Shown here: positions 27,323 through 38,926 of the stretch, piece after piece
How positions within the stretch are numbered: position 1 is the first letter of the stretch
Layout: the number at the start of each line of letters is the position of its first letter
NCBI GenBank assembly: GCA_951406725.2
Contig: OX597817.1
Location: forward strand, 89,838,001-89,902,000
Direction: 5' to 3'
DNA from: Octopus vulgaris
Taxonomy: Eukaryota
Length of the DNA: 64,000 bases
Translations under genes and position numbers: made by a program
Notes under the pieces: model-generated
Database searches by the model: none
Told to the model about the DNA's origin: nothing
Seen by the model: the letters and a program-made list of their open reading frames with translations, nothing else

Positions 27323-27819
27323 ACACACACGCGCGCACTAGATCCACCTCATTTGCACCTAATATGATACTAAATTTCACAAGTTACATGGATTTTAAAT
27401 GCACAATCCGAGAATGGAAATGAACTTGGGAACGGGTTTCGATCCTTGGTTATGAACCCGATGTTTTAACACGCACGCGCACACACATACATTTCTATAA
27501 AGTCTTCTTTCATTCAAGGTTGTCTATGTATTTGCACCTGGATCTGTACAGCTCTGGGCAAGATTTATTTTCTGGAAGCAGTCACCTATGTATGTATGTG
27601 TGTACACACACACACACGCACACACACACACACATACACACACACACACTCACACACGCGCTCACACAGAGATTTTTGTCTATGTTTATGTATATAAGCA
27701 TTATCTACACATAGCTGAATACACACATTTAAGCATGTACACATATATTTCCATATCCGTCTGTTCATTCGTAAGGTAAAGCTCTTCAGATCACCTTTCG
27801 TTATTCTCACGCTTTCCTC

Positions 27820-28850
27820 GAACTTCATCTGCAGTTTCCACTTGGATCACTTGGCACTTTACTGAACTGTCTTCATTCACATCATATGGTTAGACCAGCT
27901 TAATCTTATCTACCGCATACCCCAACTTGATATCTCTACTATTTAGTTTTTCTCTCAGCTCGTTTGCACTGTCGTTCATGCACACTAACATTACACATCC
28001 AGCGGAGCATGTTCATTTCCATTCCTTTCAGCCTGTGTACATCCTCAAATTCATTGCTCACGCAACATTATACGTCGCACACAAACATCATCATGCACTC
28101 TGCTCTTTACTCAGAGAAAGAAACTCTTTGTTACCTGCATAGGTAAAAGCATGCTGACATTTTTCCTAACCCGATTTTTTTTGTATATATATTTTTTACT
28201 GTCTACAATGCTTTCAGATCACCGGTACCTCAAAGGTAGAAGAAGCTACCAGCTGCATATCAAGAGCGTTCCTAGAATTTGAAAGAATTTATTTCATGGG
28301 AGCTCTTACTGCCAACTACTTTTGGGCGTCTGCTGTGTATGAAATCATTCTTCCCTGTCAGCATACCTATAGCTCCACCGCATCCCTTTCATGCCCCCTT
28401 AATTTACATTTGCTACACAATACAGAGTTCCTGCCTACACATTTTCTGCATATCATGTTTGGCCACCTCCCAAATGGCATGAAGTCTTGTCTTCTCGCCC
28501 TCTAACGAAAACATTTGTCATTCTTACGTTTGCTTCGAGGCTTCTGCATTCTAGACTCTATAATTTCTTCGCTAATTCTGAAACAGATTCGGTTAACAGA
28601 ACTAGGGCGTCAACAAACAAGAGCTCCCAAGGATGTTTAAGTTCGCAAACTCTTCTGTAATGACCCGGAGGCCTACAATAAACAGGAGGGAGTTAAGGAT
28701 AGAGTTCTGTTAGACACCTACACGCACGTAACATTCGTCACAGAATTCATTGTTAACGCTCACCTTGCTGACGGCATCTTTGTTCGTGGCTTGCAAAGCT
28801 TTCACAAAACATATCAACCGAGTTTTCTAGCGACCAGACTACAACATATT
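27820..28850 (-). mobile_element. Old, diverged RTE LINE ORF2 fragment (RT end, PHD region, C-terminus)
   Basis: Remnants of the WELL.VDAL, RLKRNE..MLRWMCNVSV and SDAVSK motifs seen in younger copies. Confidence 0.7.
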
Positions 28851-29937
28851 CAGAGCATGCATACACGCATACATCACACACACACGCGCGCGCCTAATAT
28901 ATAATAGAGTCACACAACAGAGTCATAATCGCTCTCTCTCTAAATATACATATATATGTCTGTGTGTATATTTACACACATGCATATATACATTCATCAG
29001 TACACACGCACACACACGCACAAGCATACGTATAGACGGCGTACGCATACATATACACACACAGAGGTATGCGCACGCACACACACACAGAGTCGCTCAC
29101 GCATCACTATTTGTCTTAACTGGAGCAGTATTATTGCTATATGGATTTTTTTTCCAGTAATATTTATAAGTTCTGTCTTAATTAGAGAGGCATGGACGAG
29201 GGAAGTGCAGGGGGACAGGGAGGAGCACTACCAACTGATACAATAGTGACAGAGAGAGGGAATGGATATAGTATGAGATCAGCTGATTGGTCAGGATATA
29301 TGGAGACTCTACAGGAAATAACTTTAGACCGTCAGTGCAGTCGGACGAAATGCCGATTTTACTCTGCTGCCGGCCGTAACTACGACTTAGTACACGTACA
29401 CTATGTATACACATACATGGATGTGTACATGGTGTGTCTCTGTCAGCATGTGTGTGTGAGCTATATACTTTATAGCTGTGTGTTTGTATGCGTATACACA
29501 CAAACATATACAAGAGTAAGAGAGTGTGATCCATTATGCGTGTGTATAAACGTATGTACGTATTAGCATACATATTTACATATATAAAACATACAAATAC
29601 ATGTCTTTTTTGTGTCTATACATACATAAATACATACATACATGTATGTATGCGTGGGTATGTGTGTGTGTGTGTGCGCGTGTGTGTGTATGTGTGTGTC
29701 AGAATAAGATTGCAGGAATACAAAGAACACGTGAGCTGCACAAGTCCACAGCCAACACTTTACCTTCAGATCACCAGTATCTGACCTGTGACAGAAACTT
29801 CCAAGCAAGCATTGGACTGATTGGCCACAGCCAGACACACCATAACCTATCTTCTTTTCCCTGTGATGTCCTTGGTCATCATCGACAACAACAGACGAAC
29901 TACCTAACTAAAAATAAAATAAATATATACTAACTCT

Positions 29938-30541
29938 CATCATCATCATCATTACCACTTAACGTCTGTTATCCATGCTGGCATGGGTTGGATGGTTTGA
30001 CCAGGGAACGTTGCATCAGTTGCATCAGCTGGAAGGTTGCATCAGTCTCCAGTCTGATTTGACAAGGTTTCTATGGCTGGATGCCCTTCTTAACACCAAC
30101 TGCTACAAGGGTGTAATGGGTACTTTTATGTGCCATTTGCATGACATCAGTATCTGACACGACTATTCTTATTCTCACAGCTATGCTCTTGGAGCATCCA
30201 CCTCTGCTACTAACTTGCTGTCTACTACCTCTAGCTTACCCCACTGGTAGTTGATGGAATCTACTTTCTGTACATTTTTGGTGTCTATTGTACCTGTGCA
30301 TCTTCCACACACAAAAGCTATTTTCCTTGTTAAACTTCTGATATTGCTGCACCTCTTATGAGTCCATAGCTTACACCAAGTACATCTTGCAGAGTTTCTA
30401 CCTAAGCCTTTTCTACAGATAGAGCAGGGATACCTACCTGAAGGGATTTGTGATTTGTCTGCCTTCCTACTTACTAAGACTTTTGCTGGGTTAACTCTAA
30501 GGCTCTTTGATTCTAGACCTTGTTTCCATACCTGAAACTTC
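29938..30541 (-). mobile_element. RTE LINE pieces: tail (29938-30170) and ORF2 segment with an intact PHD finger (30181-30541)
   Basis: KFQVWKQGLESKSLRVNPAKVL...YPCSICRKGLGRNSARCTWCKLWTHKRCS...FVCGRC. Confidence 0.85.
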
Positions 30542-30636
30542 GAATGATATATACATATATATACATCGAGTGTTAAAGTAATACACCTGCTTGTTGTTCT
30601 TTCATCTGTCTTTGTCTTCTGTTTTCTGTAAATTTG

Positions 30637-30687
<51 letters not shown>

Positions 30688-30745
30688 TAAAACGGTAAGA
30701 TAACAAAAGAAAGAAAGAGACCTCAATATTATGTAAATAGAGGAT

Positions 30746-31919
30746 GTGAGCATGGGTTCATATGATGGGGCAGGCATCTGTGATCTAATTGGACTTTTTC
30801 TCCTAGATACCTTAGGTAAGACATTCCCTAACATACATTTCGCCATCTACAATGATGATGCCCTCGCCTTAACAGCTAATACAAATGGACCAGCGCAAGA
30901 TCGTTTTAGGAAGGATATTATCCAGTTAATGAAATACTTCGGACTTAGTATAACTATAGATACTAACCTGACGGTTGTCAATTTCTTAGACGTTTCCTTA
31001 GATCTTAATAAGAATATTTATAAGCCTTATAGGAAGCCCAATGATAGACTAAGTTATATTAATGTAGGTTCATGCCATCCCCCTATAGTATTCAAAAATT
31101 TAGTTAAAAATATTAGTAAGAGGATTTCTAGCCTCTCCTCTGATAAGGACATCTTCAATAGCGTTGCCCCAGTTTATAATAAGGCTTTAAAAGATAGAGG
31201 TTTTAGCGAAAAAATAAAATATACACCCATCACTAGCCCAACAGTAAGGAAAAGGAATAATAGAAATAGGAAGGTCACCCGAGGTGGCCTTCAATATAGG
31301 TAAATATTTCCTAGCACTAATAGATAGACATTTTCCAGTTAGCCATACTTATAGGAAACTCTTCAATAGACACAATTTAAAAATTAGTTTTAGTTCAACT
31401 ACCAATTTTAAAAACATAATCAAACATAACATACAAAAAACACAACAAGAAAACAGCTGTTCATGCAGGAATAAAGAATTGTGCCTGCTAAATGGAGCTT
31501 GCATGTCCAAGACCATCATATATGAAGCTACCATAAACTCTATAACCACTAAAGACACCGTTTCGATGAAGAAATACGTGGGCCTTACAGAGGGTAATTT
31601 CAATAACCACACTTTCAATAACCACACTTTGAGCTTTAGGCACTGGAACAAAAGAAAAGCGACACAATTATCTAATCATATTTGGTCTTTAAGAGATAAA
31701 GGTGTCGATTATAACATACAATGGAAGATTTTGGCCAGATGTAAGCCCTATACCAACGGCAGCGGAAGGTGCGGTCTATGCGACATGGAGAGATGGCTTA
31801 TCTGGAAAAGCAGCTTAGACCCTACTACATGTCTAAACACAAGGACAGAACTTTTCAGATCATGCCCATATGTGACTAAATTTCTGTTACGTTTTTGGTC
31901 CCCTAAAGAAAACAGATAG
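30746..31919 (+). pseudogene. Penelope-like element ORF (RT plus C-terminal GIY-YIG endonuclease), Naiad-type, 5'-truncated and frameshifted
   Basis: RT motifs MGSYDGA.ICDLIG, YNDD, VNFLDVSLDL, YRKPND, SCHPP; endonuclease IIYEA...KYVGLTEG...H...T.LS.HIW...CGLC..E...LN.R.E; frame break near 31280. Confidence 0.9.
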
Positions 31920-32101
31920 AACATGCTTTCTATGTTATGTCCCAAGAAGATTTTATATATTTTTATATATTTTTTATGTATTTTTATATAATTTTTATGA
32001 CGAAAAATGCGAGCGATGTATAAGTACGCGGGCAAGCAGAGTTATAACACAGTAATTTCCCTTTATATAACGGTATTTTTTCATAGCGTTTTCAAATAGC
32101 C

Positions 32102-32164
32102 AGATAACTGAAGAGATGGTGTTGTGGATTTCCACTTCGGCATCTGAAACTCAGAGTTTTATCT
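32102..32164 (+). ncRNA. Type I hammerhead ribozyme (PLE-associated, minimal stem III)
   Basis: AGATAA-CTGAAGA-GATG...CATC-T-GAAA-C-TCAGA-GTT-TTATCT: stem I agataa/ttatct, core CUGANGA and GAAA, GUU cleavage triplet, one extra U before GAAA. Confidence 0.8.
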
Positions 32165-32196
32165 TGACTATCGAGTAATGTAACATATTATTGTAT

Positions 32197-32231
<35 letters not shown>

Positions 32232-32410
32232 AGCTTAGAGAAGAAGAAGAAACCAAACCAAACCAAACGAATCGAATCGAATATACACATGTACATATAT
32301 ATATATAAATGTATATACATATATATATATACACGCACACACACACACATATATATATGTGTGTGTGTGTGTGTATATATATATGTGTGTGTGTAGCATG
32401 TATATATATA

Positions 32411-32824
32411 ACAGTACTACTCTGTAGTGCTATTTCTTTTTATTTCACAGATTTAAAACTAAATGTTTTCCTCTTCATAAAATCAGTTACTCTGTGTCAC
32501 TTTAAAAGTATGTACCACGAACAAGAGTTAGTGCTGCTATCTTGAGCCAATGGTTATCCTGTGGCGATGAAGAGAAATAACTCAGAAACCATGGTCCGCA
32601 AGTACCATATAAAGCTGTGTGGGGACATTAGCTCCCTTGATCGAGGTGTAAGGACGCAGTTGTGCGTCAGAAACCAGCTGGAAAAGATGTTTACCTGGGG
32701 CTAAAAAAGGTAGTAACATCGTTCTAACCAGGACTGCCAACTTATGTTGGCAAATAGATTTTACCCTATAGTACTGTTACTACTTACTTCTTGCTCAGAG
32801 ATTTAAAATTAAATTTTTTCTTCC

Positions 32825-32830
<6 letters not shown>
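32411..32830 (+). mobile_element. Non-coding retrozyme-like unit: degenerate direct repeats flanking two hammerhead-like motifs
   Basis: agtact...cagatttaaaactaaat.tttt at ~32411-32476 and ~32768-32827; motifs at 32560-32600 and ~32645-32685. Confidence 0.55.
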
Positions 32831-32855
<25 letters not shown>

Positions 32856-32864
32856 TTTCCTTCA

Positions 32865-33393
32865 ATGGACACTAAACTCTGCTTGTGAAGACCTGTTGGG
32901 GCAAGTGAAATCAAAATCGAAATCAAATTCGGTGACTGGCATCCATGCTAGTGGAGCGCTAAGAGCATCATCCGAACATGATTGTTGCCAGAGCAGCTGA
33001 CTAGCTTCCATGCCGGCAGCACATAAAAAGCACCATTCGAGCATGATCGTTACCAGTGTCGCCTTACTGGCACTTGTGCCAGTGGCACGTAAAAAAATAT
33101 TCGAGTGAGATCGTTGCCAGTGTCACTAGACTGGCTTCCATGCAGGTGGCACATTGGAAACACCATTTGAGCATGGCCATTGCCTGTACCGCCTGACTGG
33201 CCCTCATGCTGGTGGCACATAAAAGCACCTACAATACTCTCGGAGTGGTTGGCGTTAGGAAGGGCATCCTGCTGTAGAAACTCTGCCAGATTAGATTGGA
33301 GCCTGGTGCAGTGATCTGGTTCACCAGTCCTCAGTCAAATCGTCCAACCCATGCCAGCATGGAAAGCTGACGTTAAACAATGATGATGATGAT
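32865..33393 (+). mobile_element. RTE 3' UTR and tail with ~5 tandem ~64-bp units
   Basis: Repeated tgcc.gtggcacgtaaaaagcaccattcgagc...gccag...ctggc units, then aggaagggcatcc and (GAT)n. Confidence 0.88.
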
Positions 33394-33959
33394 ATATATG
33401 TATAAGTATCATTTTACTCTCACTCTTCAAGCTGGCATTAATTGGGTTGGCCAACACAGGCAGTGTCAGCATGAATTTGAGGGTTCTGCTCACCTAAATG
33501 TGGTTGTATGGAGTACCTAATCTTACTCACATTCTCAATTTTTAGCCTGGTTTCTATGGTTGGATGCTCATCTTAATACGAATCACTTTATAGAATGTGC
33601 TGTGCACTTTTCTTTTATGCCACTAGAATGAGAAAATTGTCATGTTCTCTGCAGGGCTTGAGAACCCTCATAATCTCACACTGTTCAGTTATACTGGGTA
33701 CATTTTTCCTGGTTCTGGCACTAGAGCAATAACCATATCCTCAACATGATGTAAAGAATATCAAAACCTTACATCTCTCCTATCTTACCCATCTCTTTAT
33801 AGAATGAGAAGCATGAATGATGATGATGAGAGGAATATATAATATGGAATGGTTGGAGAACTGAGTAGTCTGAAATGGTGATTCCCTTTACTCCTTATGA
33901 AGAATAGGCCATTAACAATTTTTCACTATTTTCCTCCAATCTGGGCTCCCTTTATTTCT

Positions 33960-34250
33960 CCTCTCTTGCTGGATCCCTGTTCCCTTGCACTTTCCTTTCG
34001 GATTTTACTGCACCACAAAATCAACAAGACCTCTTCCAGACCTTGTTGATTCAGAATAATCATCAGTGCTTCTATAACTTTGCATTTTTCTAGGTGAGGA
34101 GGTTGTCCTTATGCAAACTCATTTTTACATCCAGGAGTTTGTACACTGCCTTCGACTTGTCCAGCATGGGAAACCTCACAGGAGCTTGCACTCAGTTGGC
34201 ATAACTCTCAAGGTCATCGTGGAACTCAACCCACCACACTGCAACAAGGA
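33960..34250 (-). mobile_element. Isolated RTE-like 5' UTR
   Basis: Minus strand reads ccttgttgcagtgtggtgggttg...atgaccttgagagttatgcc...gctcctg...cccatgctggacaagtcgaagg, which resembles from memory the conserved RTE/BovB 5' end. Confidence 0.6.
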
Positions 34251-34749
34251 CTAGTTCTTGTATAATATTCTTTTCTACTCTAGGCATAAGGTCTAAAATT
34301 TTGAGGGAGGGGACCAGTCAATTAGATCGACCTCAGTATGCAACTGGTACTTAATTTATCGACCTCCAAAAAGATAAAAAGCACAGTCAAGGTGACCAAC
34401 ATGACTGAGATGGCAGGTAGGAATGACAGAGGTTTGCATGACCCAGAAGATAGGGCAATGATGGAAGCCTAGGATGTGTGGATAAGAAGGATCAAGTGTT
34501 TACCACTAGTCAGAGTGACATGGGGATGACAATAGACAGTACAAAAGGTAACAGAAAAGATGAAATGAATCAGACGCAAGAGACCCAACGATGCCACTTA
34601 TACATAGGCTATGAGACAGAGGGTTGAGTAATGAGAGTGGTGCCAAAGGGAATAGAAAGTAGGTGTATCTGTATTTGTAAATAGTGATTCTTGAACATGT
34701 GAATAAAGGTGTTTTAGGGATAGGGTTAGAATTGGTATAGTGGCATCCT

Positions 34750-35040
34750 TAGTTAATCCAGAAGCAATGTATGGCAAATAAAAGAGATCTACTGCTATCC
34801 TCTGTCAATACTAGAAGCATAATACAGTGGGAAGTAAGAAGAAAGGTGAGTGATTTAGAGATAGGCCATAGATATTGATGAAAGAATGTAATGTATGGAG
34901 AAGAGAAGGCAAGGAAGAAAAGTATGGGTGAGAAAGTCCAATGTACAATGACTGGAAAAGATCCACTGCTGTCCTTGGTCATGCTGAGAGCATAAAACAG
35001 TGAGACTTAGAAGAAGAAAGAACAACTGAGAGATGAGCAA
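34750..35040. repeat. Degenerate ~180-bp-period direct repeat in a purine-skewed region
   Basis: caatgta...agatc.actgct.tcct..gtca...ct..gagcataa.acagtg.ga..t.agaagaa occurs twice. Confidence 0.6.
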
Positions 35041-36289
35041 GGAAGCAGGAGTGAAAAAAAAGTAAGATGAAACAGATATGGATAACTATCACACAGTAGA
35101 CAGATGTGTGATAGATGCATGAGAGTTGTAAAAAAAGGTCAATGGTGTAACCTTGGCAGTAAGCAGGTTTATATGCATGAATGTGTGTATATGTATGTAT
35201 GTGTGTGAAATAAAGAATATGCATAAATGTTGATATTTCGCTTGTCATCATGTGAGTGAATCAATGCCAATGTTGACATTCCTTGTTGACATTATGACTG
35301 GTCATTCTGTGCTTTTGAAGACTTGTGGAATATAAAAGTTTCTTACCTGAAACAGGTGAAGGATGGTGACAGGAAGAGCATCAGCTGTAAAATCCTGCCT
35401 CTAATCACTCTTCATCCATACAATGTTAATATGAAAAGAATGGTTCTCAAAACAAATGCATGTATGAATGATGATATGAACAAAAGAAGTTACATAACTA
35501 TAAGTCTATAAGTTTTGTGTAAGTCTCAAGTGACTTATGATTTATTGATGTACCTGTTTGGATTTGGCAATCAAGACTTGAAAACTTACCTAAAATTTTA
35601 AGGGACTTTCTGCTTGTGTGTATGGCTACCAATGGTGTTTTGTTTTCTTTCCATTTCATATCCTTTTCACCATTGGCTAGTCCCAGCTTCTCTCCTCTCT
35701 TTAGACTCCTGCTAAATTCCAGCTTCCAGTGAGGGTTATCACTTGTAATATATCTCCCACCTTTCTATATTTAGGCTTGGACATAAGATGGTGAGCTGAC
35801 AGAATTGTTAGCATGCTGGGCAAAATGTTTAGCAGCATTTTGTCTGTCTTTACATTCTGAGTTCAAATTCTACCAAGGTCAACTTTGCCTTCCATCCTAT
35901 TTGGGTCGATAAAATAAGTACCAGTTGAGCTCTGGGGTCAATGTAATCGACTAAATCAGTCTCTGAAATTGCTGGCCTTGTGCCAAAATTTGAAACCAAT
36001 ATTTAAGTTTGGACAATACAGTATGATTTAAGGGAGACTTCACTACTAATATTAGGAAGCTGAACAACCATGTAAAGGTTTCATTGTTGTTCTTCTTCTA
36101 CCTAAGTTCAGCTGTGATCTGGTAGACCAATAAACAAAGATATTCCAACTGTGACCACACCTTTCTTTACCTATGCATAGTGGACCTAGATCCGTATGGA
36201 GTAGGTAGGTTGTAATTTGGCCTCAGGATGTTGGAGTCTCACAAATGCCATGATAATAAGACTGATGTTATAAACTGCACCAGAAGGGA

Positions 36290-37719
36290 AATATGACAGT
36301 GGTGGTGGTGGTGGTGCTGGTGCTGGTGGTGCTGGTGCTGGTGCTGGTGGTGCTGGTGCTGGTGCTGATGCTGGTAATGATGGTGATGAGAATGATGGTT
36401 GTGGTGGAAGTGATGATGATATTGGTGGTGGTGGTGATGGTCGGGATGTTGATATTGATAATGATGATGATGATGATAGTGGATTAAGGGGTAGTGGGGA
36501 GTGAAATTATGACAATGATGCTGATAAGATTGATAATGGTAAGGACAATAGGAGTGGTAACAGCAGCAGAAGAGATGGCAATGTTACTGATGATGACAAT
36601 GATAACAATGATGATGATGATGGTGTTGATGACGATATGTGATTGTGATGGTAATGGTGGTGGTGGTGGTGGTGGTGATGATGGTGAGATAGAATGATGA
36701 TGATAACTTTAGCATTCATGATGATGATGAAGCTAATATAAGTAGCCATTGTTGTTGCTGTTGTTGTAGTTGCATGCCTATGATCGAAGGCATTCCAGCC
36801 ATGAACCTCTCAACTTTCTGTATATCTACAACTACACTGGCCTGTTGTGTCCATCCTTATTTTAAGACAGTAGAATGTGTTACAGGGAACACTCAACTGC
36901 TATTTCCAGCAGGTCAAGTAACCACATATAGGTTCCCTTGATGACTGTTTTATATTTATGGTTTTTTAGGGGGTCCATTTCCCAACCATCTTTTCTTTGC
37001 CTCTTTCCCAACACCACTCATTTCCTTTTTGACCAATTTTTATATTTTATTTTGTGCTTTTCAATGGGGGGGGGGGAATAAGGACCTATTTATCAACCTT
37101 CTTCCCTTTTATTCCCCACTTCCTTGCTAATTTTATATTTGTTGCTTTCTTTTTCTAAGTAGTGTGTGGGTGGATGGGTGGACCTATTTTTACCCACCCC
37201 TGCCCTCACCTCCTTTTTATTTGTTTTATATTTCTTCCTTTCATCCTCATATTCCTCCTCCCTCCAAGTTTCTGCATTTCAACGATGCCATCCCCCTACC
37301 CCCCCTGGCGGGATTGTTATTTCTTCACCACCACCACCATCAACAGCAGCCACAGTAACATCACCACCACTACCACACCTCCACCAATACCGCTACCACC
37401 GCCACCATGACTACTACCAGCAGCAGCACCACCACCACCACCACCAACACCAATACCACCTCCCTCACCGCCCTGCTACTTCCTCACCAAATTTTTGTAT
37501 TTATTGGGAAGAAGTTGCTTTTTTTTGTTTGTGTTATATTTCTTTTTTTCTTCCATTCCCTCTTCCTTTATTTCTTTTTTCTTTTTTCTCTTTCTTTATT
37601 TGTGGTCTAATTGATTGATTTATTTAATTACTTTTTCATTGTCTTTTTCTGGTTGTTCAATGAAATTGTGAATTTGTTGTTTCTCAATAATGAAGCGGTA
37701 ATAATAATAATGATTATGA

Positions 37720-37750
<31 letters not shown>

Positions 37751-38350
37751 GGTGGTGGTGGTAGTAGTGGTGGTGGTGGTGGTGGTGGTGATAACACAGC
37801 AGCAGCAGTAGTAGTAACAGCTGTAGTAGCAGCAGAAGGGCAGCAGTAGCAGTACAAGTAGCACCAGCAGCAGCAGTAGTAGTAGTAGTAGTAGTAGTTT
37901 TCTGTTTGCAACAAGGGCGGTAGTCGATAGGACATTACGGGTGGTGGAGATAGAAATAATAAGAATGATAATAAACTGATAATGATGATAATGATAATAA
38001 TGATAGATGTGATGATTAGAACAAAGATGACAGTTTTGATGAAGATGATAGAGATGGTGTTGGTAGTAGACAACGGTGATGGTGGTGCTGGTAGTAATGG
38101 TGGTAATGGTGTTGGTGGGGATTATGATGAGAAAGGGAGAATGTTGATGACGATGATGACGACAGTGATGACAATAATGATAATGAAAAAGATGATGACT
38201 GATTGACTGATAGTGGTTAAAGTGGTCTTGTTAGCAATTTTAATTTATAAGAATAAGGATGATGGAAGTGGCGATGAAGCTGGAGATGATGATAATGACG
38301 ATGAAAGGAAGGATGACATTGATGATGATGATCATCATGATGATGATGAA
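36290..38350. repeat. Extended degenerate trinucleotide tracts (GGT, GAT, ACC, AGT, AGC)
   Basis: Seen directly; the ORFs here are homopolymer artefacts. Confidence 0.85.
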
Positions 38351-38409
38351 TATAGTGTTGCCATCCGTTGTTTGTTACAGCTGTTGATAATGAACAAAAA
38401 AAACAAATT

Positions 38410-38715
38410 ATTTGGTGAATTGTCCTTACTGGACATTCCAGCTAAATTTGAAAGTTTGCATAAAACAAAAAGAAATTATCCAAAATAAAAGTAAAAGTAT
38501 TTTAAAAAATCAAAAAATATCAACTAGAAATGGCTTGGAGATAAGTGTTTACTCAAAACAGCTGCTCTCAGCTCCCACCACAACCTCAAGATGTCTCTGG
38601 AACCTAGCACATGCATTCCTCAGTGTGTCTCTCAGATCTTTGAATGCCTCCTTGATCTTGGCCATCAACTCAGCCTTGGTGTTGTAGGCAGAGTGCTCAG
38701 TGCCTTTCTCAACTG
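38410..38715 (-). mobile_element. 3' fragment of a maT-like transposon
   Basis: Minus strand translates VEK.TEHSAYNTKAELMAKIKEAF...RNACARFQRHLEVVV.AE..CFE, homologous to 58560-58730. Confidence 0.75.
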
Positions 38716-38926
38716 AAATTTACTGAAGTAGATTTTCTATGGCTGGATGTTCTTCCAGTTGCCAACTCTCACTTGTTTCCAAGCAATATTTTTCCATGGC
38801 TAGAAATGTTTTTGCAGGATATTAGAAATGAATGACACTGCTGTTATGACATTCATTTACGACTAACACTCAGTGTCAAGACAAGGAGACCCAAACACAC
38901 ACACACTCACACACATGCACATGCAC

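Larger units (their letters stand above)
30683..32200 (+). mobile_element. Penelope-like retroelement insertion, including a 3' region with a hammerhead ribozyme
   Basis: ORF above, bounded by (TA)n on both sides, with a hammerhead at 32102-32164. Confidence 0.85.

Noticed and set aside
29192-29566. 124-aa ORF MDEGSAGGQGG as a host gene
   Set aside because: No recognisable domain, and its second half runs into microsatellite-like sequence; kept only as part of the CpG island finding
30181-30846. 221-aa PHD-finger host gene
   Set aside because: The ORF is a chimera of the antisense PLE start, an (AT)n tract and an RTE ORF2 fragment
30746-32050. Selenoprotein coding (in-frame UGA plus SECIS) as reported for some Naiad elements
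   Set aside because: The visible Cys positions are ordinary Cys codons, there is no in-frame TGA in the two ORF pieces, and I see no convincing SECIS stem after the stop; the missing 5' part cannot be assessed
32930-33240. CRISPR-like repeat/spacer array
   Set aside because: The spacers are homologous to one another, the array lies in a LINE 3' UTR, and the DNA is eukaryotic with no cas genes
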